From NCBI GenBank assembly GCA_038087875.1, contig CM075979.1, positions 69,006,001 through 69,070,000 on the forward strand: DNA of 64,000 nucleotides, given 5' to 3'. This DNA comes from Malacoraja senta. Taxonomy: Eukaryota. Both the position numbers and the translations under genes were made by a program. Shown one piece after another: positions 37,228-51,159 of this stretch; position 1 is the stretch's first letter; each line of letters opens with the position of its first letter. The notes under the pieces are model-generated. The model did no database searches and was not told where the DNA came from. It saw only the letters and a list, made by a program, of their open reading frames with translations.

Positions 37228-37735
37228 TGTGTAGGAAGAAACTGGAGATGCTGATTTATACTGAAGATGGACACATAATGTTGGAGTACCTCAGCGAATC
37301 AGGCAGCATCTATGGAGAAAAGAAATAGGAGACGTTTCCGGTAGGAAAAGACCAGGAGAAATCGGGGCCGGCAAGGATGGAGCCCACAATGGCCCATTGT
37401 TGGCTGGGGAAGAGGTGGTAACACGGGGATACAAGGATGCAAAGAGTGGAACTGGTAGGATGACTATGGCGGGGGAGGAGGGAGGGTGGGAATGCAGGAG
37501 TTACTTAAATTGGAGAAATCAACATTCATACCTCGGGGTTGTAAGCTGCCCAAGCTGCTCCTCCAAAATGTATGTGGCCTCACTCTGACAGTGGAGGAGG
37601 CCAGGACACAAAGTCCAGAATGGGAATGGGAGTGGGAGTTAAAATGTTTGGCAACCAGGAGATCGTGTAGGCCAAGGCGGATTGAGCGTACATTTCTCCA
37701 GAGGTGCTGCCTATCCCCCTGAGTTACTCCAGCAC
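37228..37735 (-). mobile_element. Penelope-like element 3' fragment
   Basis: Reverse complement of the same GIY-YIG tail (ttacttaaattggagaaatcaacattcatacc...gtaagctgcccaagc) plus pseudo-LTR. Confidence 0.65.
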
Positions 37736-40700
37736 TGGACTTTTAACCATCCAGTATCTAGGTAAATGTTAGGGTGGCATAGTGAGACAGTGGTAGAGTT
37801 GCTGCCTTACAGCGCCAGATACCAGGGTTCCATCCTGACTATGAGAGTTTGCACATTCTCCCTGTGATCACATGGGTTTTCTGCTGGTGCTCGGGTTTCC
37901 TCCCATATCCCAAAGACGTACAGGTTTGTAAGTTAATTGGCTTCTGTAAATTGTCCCAAGTGTGTAGAATAGTGTTAGTGTGCGGGGATCGCTGGTCGGC
38001 AGAGACTCAGTGGGCCGAAGGGCCTGTTCCCACGCTATCTCAAAAGTCTAAAAGCCTGACAGGGCAGATACACAGCTCAGTCCTGACTGCTCAAGCACCT
38101 TGGAAAGTTCACAGAGTTTGCTCAGACTTACAAAGAGTTATTTATCAAGCGTTTAGCTGCTGACGTTCTCATTTTGTGGCCACTGCCAATACTCCACGAG
38201 CATCCTTTTCAGCTGAGGCAGGGCAGGGTCTGCAGCAGTGCCTCAGGCTGCCACACTGCATCTGGTAAACCCCCACTGCACAATCAGGCGCACGATTTGC
38301 CATTGTGCTCAGAATCTGGCGTGAGAAAAAAAGTCAGGTTGAAATCAGGAAATCATAACACTTTCCCATGTAAAAATGTCTGCAGATGCTGGAATCTGGA
38401 GCGAAAATCAACCTGTTCAAAGAACTAGGCAAGACACAATGTGCTGGAGTAACTCAGCGGGTCAGGCAGCATCTCAGGAGAACATGGATGGGTGACATTT
38501 TGGGTTGGGACCCTTCCTCAGACAATGTTGGAGACAGGAGAGTAGGGGTCATCACTGGGAGATGAGGACACCTTACCAGAGCAAAATGCCCAGAGGCGGA
38601 GGCGACGGAGCTCAACATCAAGGCTGGCCCGGGAACGCTGCCCAGTATGTAACACGTTCAGACCAGCTCCCCAGCAGTCCACTGAGAACTGACCTCTGAA
38701 GTCAAACAAAATCTCTCAGGCATGACAGACGTAGTGGTATTCCACAGCCAAATGGGAAAACGGTGTGAGACACAACATGCCAGAAGTATACTGGATTATG
38801 TGTCAAGAGAACAAGAACTTCATCAGTAACCTGAAAGAATTCTCAGTGACATGTTAAGGTGTGACTTTGTTCCATTTAGTCATAGTCGCACAGCATGGAA
38901 ACAAGCCCTTCAGACCAACTTGCCCACGCCAACCAACCTGCGCCATCCACACTAGTCTCACCTGCCCCCACATTGCCTATATGCCTCTAAACCTATTATA
39001 TCCACGTACCTGTCCAAATGTATTTTTTAACATTATGTAAGTACCTGCCACCCTTGTTATTACATGATGCCAAGCAAAACCAAAGCATTTGCATGAAATG
39101 CACTCAGTCTCGAGTAATTCATGGAGCTTCCACATAGACAGTGCAGGTCGGGATTAAACCTGTGTCTCTGATGCTGAGAGGCAGTGTCCCTACCCATTGC
39201 AACACCTTGGATGATTATATGGGATCTTTTACACTTAATTAAGCTTCATATACTTTAGCTTTAATAATGCAGTGCTCTATTGAAGCAAAAGGTCAGCTAA
39301 CGTGTTTGAGTTTCTTGAATGGCATTGAGCTTGCAACCCTTTGACCTTTTGGTGAGTGCTGCCAACTGAATCAAGAGCCAAGCCCTTCAGTGATGTCATA
39401 GTGTGAGCGAGCAATTTTAATAAAGACCGTCATTGTGGTGCAATAAGAATGCAAGAAACCGAAGCAGGTCTTCACTATAATTTAGCAAGATCATAACCAA
39501 TGTATCTCGAACACCACTTTTGTGCCCTAATTCCATATCCCTTTTCATTAATATCCACAAATCTTTCTCTCTGTTTTGAATTAATCAGTCAGGGGTGTTT
39601 TATTGTCATATGTCCCGAAATGTACAAAGACAAAAATAATGCCCCCAAGTCTATGTAGTTTGGAGCATATTTGGAGATGCGGCGTTTAATAGCCTGATGG
39701 TTGTAGGGAAGAAGCTGTTCCTGAACCTGGACGTTACAGTTTTATGGTTCCTGTATCTTCTTCCTGTAGCAGGAATGAAATGAGAGCCTGGCCAGTGTGG
39801 TGTGGGTCTCTGATGACGCTGGCTGCCATTTTGAGGCAGCAACTCTTGTAGATCCCTTCGATGGTGGGGAAGTCAGAACCCGTGATGGACTGGGCAGTGT
39901 TCACCACTTTTTGCAATCTTCTTCATTCCTGGGAGTTCTAGTTGCCGAACCAGGCCGTGATAGAACCAGTCAATATGTTCTCTGCTGTACACCTGCAGAC
40001 GCTCCCTCCTTGCTCCCTCATTCCTTAAGTAGTAGGGTCACATTTGCTACTCGCCTCCGATTACAAGAAACATTGCAGAATCTACGTGTTTTTATAAAAT
40101 GATAATCAGCCCAGAAACCTCTTTCAAAGCACCAGGTGCAGATCCATGGTTTCATTATTGGGTTTCAATGAGGTCCCCCCCCCCTCCTCCTCCTAAACTC
40201 CAGTGAGTACAGGCCTAGAGCTGTCAAACGCTCATCATATATTCTCAATCATCCCAGGGTCATTGGTTGTTTCCTCTGGACATATACAGTGGAATCATCA
40301 TATTTGCTTTAACCTGGTTGATGAAATTGATCACGTGGAGGGTCTTCTGACACACTGAGATTAGATATGTGATAGGATTAGGAGGCGACAGCACAGTGGT
40401 GAAGCAGTAGAGTTGCTGCCTTACAGTGCCAGAGACCTGGCTTGGATCCTGACCACGGGTGCTGCCTCTACAGGGTTTGTACGTTTTCCTTGTGACCATA
40501 TTGGTTTTCTCCGGTTTCCTCTCGCACTCCAAAGACGTACAGGTTTATAGGCTAATTGGCTTCAATAAAATTGTAAATTGCCCCTAGTGTGTGTAGGATA
40601 GTGCTAGTGTACGGGGTGATCGCTGGTCGATGCGGACTCGGTGGGCCGAAGAGCCGGTTTCTGCGATATATCTCTAAAGTCTAGTCAATAAATCAGATGT

Positions 40701-43700
40701 TGACATGTTGATCTGACACTGTGTACATTATGCGGTTGAGTTGTACATTACATTATGTGGCCACAATGAGGAACTGTTCATGAACGGACTATTGACACTG
40801 ATCTGGCCAAGAGGTCCCTGACCAACATTCCCCTGATGATCTGGTCTGATCCTTGGTGAACATGGTCTGGCATGATTACAGGTGCGCAGAACAGTTCGGC
40901 CTCAGCCAAGGTTGGGTATATTTCTGATGCAGCGTACTGATGACATCAATTAGACACTGGGTCTTTTTAGACGTGAAATGCTGGAGTAACTCAGCGGGTC
41001 AGGCAGCATTTCTGGAGAAAATGGATAGGTGACTTTAGACTTTACTTTAGAGATACAGCATGAAAACAGGCCCTTTGGCCCACCGAGACTGAGCCAACCA
41101 ACGATCACCACTGGACACTAGCCCTATCCGACACACTAGGGACAAATTACATTTTTTTATCAAAGCCAATTAACCTACAAACCTGTACATAATTGGAGTG
41201 GGGGAGGAAACCGGAGCACCTGGAGAAAACTCATGCAGTCACAGGGAGAACGTACAAACCACTTACAGACAGCACCGTAGTTGGGATCGAACCCGGGTCT
41301 CTACAGTAAAAACAGCAACTCTATCGCTGTGCAACTGTGCTGCTCTTTATTTTAAATGAAAGTTGCTAGACACAAAGTAATGCAATGTTAGCAAAAAAGG
41401 AATCGGGATAAGAATAAAGAGGGTATTCTTAAACTGTTTAACTTATTTGGAAGTCTGAAGATAATGTGGTCTCTTGCACATCTCACTGCTTCCAACAATT
41501 CTATATTAAATGTAAACAACCAAGAACATTTGCTGGGTCTTCAGTCTTGGGAATTCCATTGACTCGAAATGAAATATACATTTTGATCAGAAGTTTTACT
41601 TAGTGCCGGCATATTGATTTAGAAAAGGGGGCGGCACAATGGCGCAGCGGTAGAGTTGCTACCTTACAGCGCCAGAGACCCGGGTTCGATCCTGACCAAG
41701 GATGGTGTCTGTATACAGTTTGTATGGTCTCCCTGTGACCGCGTGGGTTTTCTCCGGGTGCTCCGGTTTCCTCCCACACTCCAAAGATGTACAGGTTTGG
41801 AGGTTAGCACAAAATGCTGGAGTAACTCAGCGGGTCAGGCAGTATCACTGGAGAAAAGGAATAGGTGATGTTTTGGGACGGAACCCTTCTTCAGATCTGC
41901 TGAGTTACTCCAGCATTTTGTGTCTATCTTCGGTATAAACCAGCATCTGCTGTTCCTTCCTACACAGGTTTGTAGGTTAACTGGCTTCAGTAAAAATTGT
42001 AAATTGCTCCTACTGTGTAGGATAATGCTAGTGCATGGACTCAGTGGGCCAAGGTGCCTGTTTCCACACTATCTCTAAAGCCTAAAGTGAAGCCTTAAAG
42101 AATTGTAACCACGTTTGAAATAAATCAGCATATTTGAGCAAAACCAGTAGAGGTCAGTATATCAACAGATATAAAAAGATATTGGCAAACTTTAAAGTCT
42201 GCAGAATGGAATATGAGGAGTGACTCTGAGAGAAGATTCTACAATCAGCAACACCTCTGTCAGTTTGTAATATGCACCCTCTAGTATCATCACTGCCCAT
42301 TTCCATCCATCAGTTTGAATCATCTCCCTTTCTTACTTTTGTTTTGCTCTTCAAATAAACATTGTCAAACAGAACATGACAAAGGAAAGGGTGGCTGAAG
42401 ACGATATTCCCGATCTGAGACGTCACCTATCCATGTTCTCCAGAGATGGGGCGGCACAGTGGTGCAGTGGTAGAATAGCTGCCTTACAGCGCCAGAGACC
42501 CAGGTTTAATCCTGACCACGGGTGCTGTCTGTACGTACTTCTCGCGACTGTGTGGGTTTTCTCTGGGTGCTCCGGTTTCCACCCTCATTCCCAATAACAT
42601 GCAGGTTTATGGGTTAATTGGCTTCTGTAAGTCATCCCAACTGGATAGATTAGAACTAGTATAGGGGGTGAACGCTGGTTGGCGTGGACTTGAAGGGCAC
42701 TGAGTTATTCCAGTACTTTGTGTTCTTTTTTGTAAACCAGCATCTGCAGTTCCTTGTTTCTCTGGTGTATTTATGATGAGGGAGGGCTATATGTATGTAT
42801 TTATGTATGTACTTAATCTATGAATCACTGTTGTGTAACGTTAGTACCTCCACCAATGTAAAGCACTTTGGTCAACAAGAATTGTTTTTAAATGTGCTAT
42901 AGAAATAAAAGTGACTTGACTTGACTATTTTGTAATCTGTCCCTTCTCAAGACAATGCCAAAAAAGCTTTAAAATCTTCACTGACACCAGCTGAATCTTA
43001 CAGCCCAGAGAATAAATTGGATGGGATTGAAAACCCATTGGGAGTATTCCATTTTTTGTTTAATGATGGCATAAAAAGATGCTAGCCAAGCAGAATTTCC
43101 CACCAACTCAGTCATTTGTATCGGAAATGAGATTGTGTTACAGATACCAGAGTAAGAGCAGATGGGATGTTTGTTGTTCGAGAAAGAAAGATTTGGATTA
43201 ACACTGCAGCGTTTGCATCTATATCAGGATGTGCCACAGAGCACTACAGTTGAAGGAGAACATTTTTCCAGTCACTGCTGCGGGAAAACATTATATGGGG
43301 AACTTTTAATTCTGCACCGTGTTGCAGCGGTAGAGTTGCTGCCTCACAGCACCAGAGACCCGGGATCGATCCTGACTATGGGGGCTGACTGTACAGAGTT
43401 TATACCTTCTCTCTGTGACTGTGTGGGTTTTCTCCAGGTGCTCCAGTTTCCCGCCACATTCCCAAGATGTGCAGGTTTGTAGGTTATTTGGACTCTGTAA
43501 ATTGTCCCCATGGTGTAGGATAGATTTAGTGTACGGGTTGATCGCTGACTCAGTGGGCCGAAAGGTCTGTTTCCACGCTGCATCTCTGAAGGAACTATAG
43601 TGTAACATCAGACAGAATGGCTGATGCAGCAATCTAAGGATAAACCAGAGATTTTGTAAAAGGAAATAGTAGAAGCAAGGACGTGCAGATGCTGATTTAC

Positions 43701-46700
43701 ACATAGTGCTGGTGTGACTCAGCAGGTCAGGCAGCATCTGTGGAGAACATGGATAGGTGACGCTTCGGGTCGGGACACTTCTTCAGACTGATGGAATGAT
43801 CGTTTACCACACGTGGCAAGATAGATGTGAATGAGTTTCTGGAAAATCCTCTGGCTCCGTGGGCGATCAAATTCTGATGATGGTGATGAATGAGAGTGGA
43901 GTGGTGCAGAGAGGAGTCAATCTTAGTTGGCTATTAACAGCCGTCCATGTTGTGGCCACTCATGAGCTAGTTCTGGGAATTTTAGTAGCATCAGTAGAAT
44001 CTTCCTGGTGTCTTTAGACTTTGTATTTTCGAGATACAGCATGGAAAATTTTAGTTTTTTCTGACATTGGTTCAGATTCAGCTTAGATTAATATTTTGTT
44101 TTGGTTTTGAGATCCAGTGTGGAAACAGGCCCTTCGGCCCACCAAATCCATGCCAACCAGCGATCAGCATACACTAGTTCTATTGTACACTCCAGAGACA
44201 ATTTTACAGGCCAATTAACCTTCTTACCTGTATTTTTTGGAGTGTGGGAGGAAACCAGAGAACTCCAAGGAAATCCACGCAGTCATAGGGAGAACGTAAA
44301 ACTCCGTACAGACAGTGCCCATAGTCAGGATCGAACCCCAGTGCCTGACGCTGTAAGGCAGCAACTCTACCACTGTGCAGCCCTAATATTTCCATTCACC
44401 CAGATACTCTCAGTAGTTGAGTGCAACTGTGCTTGAGTAACTCAGCAAGTCAAGCAGCACCTCTGGAGAAAAAGGATGAGTGACATTTCTGAAATCTGAA
44501 GAAGGGTTCCGGCCCAAAAGGTCACCCATCCTTTTTCTCCAGAGATGCTGCCTGACCCTCTGAGTTTTTTCCAGCACTTTGTGTCTATCTTTGGTCTAAA
44601 CCAGCATCTGCAGTTCTTTGTTTCTCAGAGTTAAAAGTGCACTCAGGTTCCCAAGTACATCCGATTACCAGAGTGCTTGAATACATTGAATTGAAGAAGG
44701 ATATCTAGCATTAAAAACTGAAAAAAACAACATGCCCATCAAACAGATGAAATCTTAATCTCATCTGTCATGTCCCAATTTAAACCTGGGTTTGAAGGAG
44801 AAGTAACGACTTTGGTCTTTTCAATGCCCATTGCTGCCCATTTACTCAGCTTGGTTTTGACATGGACAGCCGCCAGCTGTTTTTGACAACAGCCAGACTT
44901 AATTTGGCCTCGTTTCCTGGGGACCCAGGAGAACGCTAGCCACAGTCAAGGCGGAGATGGGAAACAGCAGGCCTTTATTTTGATAAGTATATCAGCACAA
45001 AGTGCGCAGAGAAATGCCAGAAAAAATGAAAATGGCAAAAGAAACATGAAAGAATATGCTTAAAAACCACAAAATGCATAACAATCAATAGTTAATTCAG
45101 CAGTCTGCTTGCAATTGCCAGCTAATTATCTATTGGAGTATTTAGAGTATAATCTAGGGTATTACTCGAACAACATTTAAAAGATGTTTGGTGCTATAAC
45201 AATATTAAAAATGACATTTGGATGGGTAGATGGATGTGAAGGGTTTAGAGGAAAATTGGCCAAACACAGGTAGGCAAGTGTAGGCCAACTAGTGTAGGCA
45301 AGGATTCGATCCTGACTACAGGTGCTGTCTGTATGGAGTTTGTACGTTCTCCCTGTGACCATGTGGGTATTCTCTCGGTGCTCTGGTTTCCTCCCACATC
45401 ACAAAGACGTTCAGGTTTTTAGAATGATTGGCTTCTGTAAATGATGCCTAGTGTGTAGGGTAGAACTAGTATACAGGTGTTCACTTGTCAGTGTGGACTC
45501 GGTGGGCTGAAGAGCCTGTTTCCACACTGTATCTCTAAAACTAGTTTAGGGTTTGTGGTGATTTTAATTTGGAGATACAGCGCAGAAAATGGCCTTTCAG
45601 CCCACCGAGTCTGCGCCGACCAGCAATCCCTGTACATTAACACTGTCCTACACATGCGGGACAATTTGCTATTCTTACCAAAGCCAATTAACCTACCAAC
45701 CTGTACATCTTTGAATGTGGGAGGAGACTGGAGCACCTGGAGAAAACCGATGCATCCATAAGTTATAGGAGCAGAATTAGGCCATTCGTCCCCATCAAGT
45801 CCACTCCACCATTCAATCATGGCTGATCTCTCTCTCTCTCCCTCTTAACCACAGTCTTCTGCCTTCTCCCCATAACTGCTGACACTAATCAAGAATGTCA
45901 ATCTTTGCCTTAAAAATATCCATTGACTTGGCCTCCACAGCTGTCCGTGGCAATGAATTCCACAGATTCACCACCTTCTGACTAAAGAAATTCCTCTTCA
46001 TCTTCTTTCTAAAGGTCACGTGGAGAATGTACAAACTCCCTACAGACAGCACCCATAGTCAGGATCGAACCTGTGTCTCTGCTGCTGTAAGGCAGCAACT
46101 CTACCGCTGCGTCACTGTGCCACCCCTTATTTGCCATAAGGTTTTCCAGCTTCCGCTGTCAAATTTTATTTGTCTTTTGAAAGTCTGCATGTCTTTTCCT
46201 AACTCTTCTTACCACTTTGGTTTCTATAATTGCAAACAGCATTTACTGGATGTCATGCCAAATTCCCCAAGGCCTTAAAGTGTGCCATTAAAAAAGGATG
46301 TTGAAGCCAGAGCATATAAAGATCTAGAGCAGGCACTTACACAATGAGTGTGTTCTTGGACGATGAACATTACTGTAGATGATTATTGGTGTGATTTTGA
46401 GAGATTAAAGTTCTTGCAATCAATGAACAGAAAGGGAAATTTATCAACAATGCAGAAGGCAAACGCAGTTTGAGTGAGCACTTTGCAAAACATATTAGTT
46501 CTTCCTGTATGATCCTGAAATTCATAGTCTGTAACTTTAGTTTTTCCATTCATACTCTGGCTACTGAATCCATAACCTTTATCTTATTCCAATTAAGCTC
46601 TACGCATAGGATAGCATAGCATCTTTGACTAGGCATGTTGCAGCCATCATTACTCTACAGAGTGGCACAGAGTTGCTGTCTTACAGCGCCAGAGACCCGG

Positions 46701-49700
46701 GTTCGATCTTGACCACGGGTGCTGTTTGTACGGAGTTTGTACGTTCTCCCTATGACTACGTGCGTTTTCTCTGGGTGCTCTGCTTTCCTCCCACATTCCA
46801 AAGATGTGCAAGTTTGTAGGTTAATTGGCTTCTGTAAATTGTCCCTAGTGTGTAGAATAGAAGTAGTGTACCTATGTCTGTTGTTCGGCACAGACTCGGT
46901 GGACCGAAGGGCCTGTTTCCATGCTATATCTCTAAACTAAACTAAATTTCAGATAACCAGCACTTACAGTTTATATCAGCACTGGCCACTGCTGATGAAA
47001 GGTCATCGACCTCTAATGTTAATTCATTTTTTTTTCTCTATCCTTACCAGCAAATTTCTTATTGCCTTACCAGCAATTTTCAGTATTTCTTTTATTTCAG
47101 GTTTTCAGCAACTGCAGAGTTTTGTATTTCATGCATCAGACATTTTTCCCCTCGTATCTGTTTGCAGGGATGTCATCTCCTCCTGATAATTTGGCTGCAA
47201 TCGATAAGTCTACACCATCTTCACATCTGGCTCGCCTCACTTGGTACCATCCAGATTGTTCAGAACCACTCCATCCAAAATGTCCCATTTGTTTTCTCCA
47301 TCTCTCCTGCTCCTTTGCAACTTAAAACAGCAAGGAAACAGAATAATCGAGGACCAGTCTCACCCCGGTCACTCCCTCTTCTCCCCTCTCCCATCAGGCA
47401 AGAAGTACAGATTCAGGGACAGTTTCTTCCCAGCTGTTATCAGGCAACTGAACCATCCGTGAGAGTGGTCTTGACCTCCCATCTACCTCATTGGAGACCC
47501 TCACACTATCTTTAATCAGACTTTATCTTGCACTAAACTTTATTCCCTCTATCCTATATCTGTAGACGGCTTGATTGTAATCATGTATAGACTTTCCACT
47601 GACTGGATAGCATGCAATCAAAATGCTTTTCACTGTACCTCGGTACACATGACAATAAACAAAACTAAAAATGATTTCAATTGATTTTTTGTACGTACTA
47701 AGAGCTTTTTAACCTTTTTTGAATGCAAAAAAGATATATATTTACATAAGAATTTTTTTGCGTCTCAAGTTATTGGATATTTGTGAATATCAAACTACCC
47801 AGCATTCAATGGTCCGGAGCGCATGCCAACATTGACAGCCAATGAGTTAGAGGGTGTGGGGCCACACACACTGTCGGAGTAATTGTCTGAATACATCTGT
47901 GCTGAGACAGACCCTTTGCTGTACTGAGCTGGTTAGAAATGCTGGGAGATCAACTCTCAATGGGGGCGTGTGTCAGAAGCAAAAGCACGCACACCTCCAG
48001 ATTCAGGGACAGCTTCCTCCCAGCTGTTATCAGGCAACTGAACCATCCTACCAACAACTAGAGAGCAGTCCTGCCCTTCCTTCTACCTCATTGGAGACCC
48101 TCGGATTATCTTTAATTGGACTTTACTGCACTTTATCTGGCACTAAACGTTATTCCCTCTATCGTGTATATGTACACTGTGGATGGCTCAATTGTAATTG
48201 TGCATAGTCTTTCTGCTGACAGGATAGCACGCAAAAAAAAAGCTTTTCGCTGTACCTCAGTACACGTGGCAATAATAATAATAATAATAAACTAAACTAG
48301 AGTGGATGTGAAGTGATTTTGGGCAGCAGAAGATCTGTGAGACCAAAAGAATGATGAGTTGTAAAAGGTAAAGCCAGAGGAAGGAATGCAGGTGGAGGGA
48401 AGGAGAAAAATAGGGGTGAGACCAGGTGGGGCACAGGGGAGGGGAGAGGGTAGCAGAAAGGGAGGTGTGAGGGAAGGTCGAGGAAGGGGAGGCAGTTAGG
48501 TGGTTACCAAAAATTGGAGACTTCAGTGTTCATATCAAGCAACCATGTATCCCTCTTGGGCTCACACCTGCTTCTATATCTAACTTGTGTTCAACAGTCT
48601 GACTATCAGGGAACTCTCTTGCTTGAGATCATCTGTGGGTAGATATTGGTCAGGATATCGGGCCCATTTTTTGAGGAAGGATTTGCTGGCGTTTGGAGAC
48701 AATCCAGAGGAGGTTTACGAGAATGATCCCGAAGTGTTTGGGTTAATGTACTAGGAGCATTGATGACTCTGGGCCAGTACTCGCTGGAGTCTAGAAGGAT
48801 GAGTGAGGATCTAATTGAGCCTTGGCTGGATAGAGTGGATGTGGAGAGGATGTTTCTACTAGTGGGAGAGTCTAGGAACAGAGCACCCAGCCTGAGAAGA
48901 AAACGACATACCTTTAGAATTGAGATAAGGAGAGTGGTGAATCTGTGAATTTCACGGCAATGGAGGCCGTCATTGAGTATTTTTAAAGCAGAGGTTGAGA
49001 GGTTGAAGATTAGTAAGGGTGTCAAAGATAGGGCGGCACAGTGGTGCAGCGATAGAGTTGCAACCTTACAGCGCCAGAGACCTGGGTTAGATCCTGACTA
49101 CAGGTGCTCTCTGTACAGAGTTTGTATGTTCTCTCTGTGAACACATGGGTTTTCTCCCGGTGCTCCGATTTCCTCCCACACTAAAAAGATGTGCAGATTT
49201 GTAGGTTAATTGGCATCTTAAATTATCCCTTCAGTGCAGGATAGCGCCAGTGTACGGGTGATTGTGGTCGGCATGGACTCGGTGGGCCGAAGAGCCTGTT
49301 TCCACACTGCAACCTGTAAAGTTACAGGAAGAAGACAGGAGAATGGGCTTGAGAGGGAAAAATAGATCGGCCATAATAGAAGGGCGGAGCAGACTCGATG
49401 GGCCGAATGGCACAATTCTGCTCCTATGTCTTATGAACGTATTGGATACTAGGAGAATCCACCCTGTTTCTCATTGAGATAGGGCAATAAGATCTTTAAC
49501 CTGCCAAAGATGGGCCCTCATTTTGATGTCTCAAGTGAAAGCGTGCCTAAACCTCTCTGAAGCCCAAGCCTAGATGTTTATGCTTGAGCCTCTGGAGAGA
49601 GATTGAAGCTAAGATTGAGAAGATTAATGAAACAATGTGCTCCTGGGGATTTGCACTAAAGTAGACCAGAGGAACAGATGGGTCAGGAGCTGAACATATA

Positions 49701-50077
49701 CAGATCATGAAGATTAATGGAATAGGTTGGCAAGGTTTTTAAAAACAAGCAACCGTGTTGTTTGCTGGAATGACAGTATTGAAGAGCAACGATCTTGAAC
49801 TTACATTCAACCTTTTTTTATCCATCTTGAGAATAAGCAATAAAAGGCTTGGACTGACAGATCCCACGACAAATGTAAGAAGTGTTATTTTATTATTAAT
49901 TTAATTTCAAAGTTCTCAATCAAATTCCACCATGCAAGCTGAAATGTTTCAATTAAAATCAGTGTCATACAGCATGTATGACATCTACGGCCCCACATAT
50001 ACCATCTACACTTGTCCCACCTGCCCGCGTTTCGCCCATACCCTTTTAAACCTGTCCTATTCGTGTACCTGTTAAAA

Positions 50078-50781
50078 TCTATCTGTACATAACTAAAACT
50101 CTGATCTCGTCCTCTTCCGGTTTGAGTGGTTTTTCTATTTGCGCAAAAACCGTACGCGATAGCGCTACTATTATTCGGCAGGTTACTCACCGTTCTCCTG
50201 TGCTGCAAGTGCAACAAGTTTTGTTTCCGATCGGTGGTATATTGTAAAAGTTATCGAGGTTTAAAAATTGTAAAAACCGCGTGCGCCGATTCCTTCAGTC
50301 GAGGGGGAACCACGCAGATTGGTCGACACCCCTTCCTGCCCCACCAGCGGCAGCCTGTCCCGCCTCACTCACAAACTCCTCTCTCCCCTCCTCACAGTAA
50401 CTTGTCTATCGTCTCCCCAAAACCGGCGGCGGTCGCGGGGTGGAGGAGGGGGGGGGGGGGGGTTCAGTGGAGGCCCAGTGGAGGCCCTGGTCCCGTCTCT
50501 CTCTCCATCATCACTCACCCCTCTTGCCCTCTGCGGCAATGGTGATCCCATCTACCCATCCCCCCGGGTTAGTCTTGTGGTGCCCACCGTGCCGAACACC
50601 GACTCCATCTCCCCCCCCCCCCTCCCCCGCCATGGCCTGGCGGCAGCAGCGAGAGGGCAGGCAGGTAGGCGGGTGGGCAGGGACAGGCCGAGCGGCAGCA
50701 ATCGGTGGTCGGACAGGACGGGCTGAGTGGCGGCGGGAGAGTCTGGTTGCAGGGTGGCCGAGCAGTTGCGTAGAGAGAGAG

Positions 50782-50833
<52 letters not shown>

Positions 50834-50841
50834 CAAACTAG
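50078..50841 (+). mobile_element. Non-autonomous Helitron with GC-rich interior
   Basis: Starts A|TCTATCTGTACATAACTAAAACTCTGATCT (similar to the 56694 terminus) and ends AAACTAG|T at 50841; no clear 3' hairpin, with a (CA)n run in its place. Confidence 0.6.
50771..50832. repeat. (GA)n(CA)n microsatellite
   Basis: Direct reading. Confidence 0.95.
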
Positions 50842-50867
50842 TGCAATCATCAAGTCAACGGGATCTA

Positions 50868-51159
50868 AACACCTCGATGCGGCTGCGTCCGGCGTCGAGA
50901 CGGTGCGCACAGACTCGAGGCGGCTGCGTCCGGCGTCGAGGCGGTGCGCACGGCCGTCGAAGCGGCGCGCACGGCCTCGATGCGGCTGCGGGACGGCATG
51001 CCGTTGCCGCGCGGAATTGTTGAACAGTGTCAGTTTTTCGGAGCTCCGCACAACTCCATACGGCTCCGGCGATCGAAGTGGGACCGGCCCCCGCACGGCC
51101 CCCTCTTGCGGTTAGGTCGGGCTTGCCGCATGGAGTCGCATGCCCATGGGCCAGGCCCT
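50868..51159. mobile_element. Truncated CpG-rich Harbinger-type MITE
   Basis: Ends tgggccaggccct|taa, resembling the TIR at 28582; internal about 42-bp tandem repeats; left TIR not found. Confidence 0.5.
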
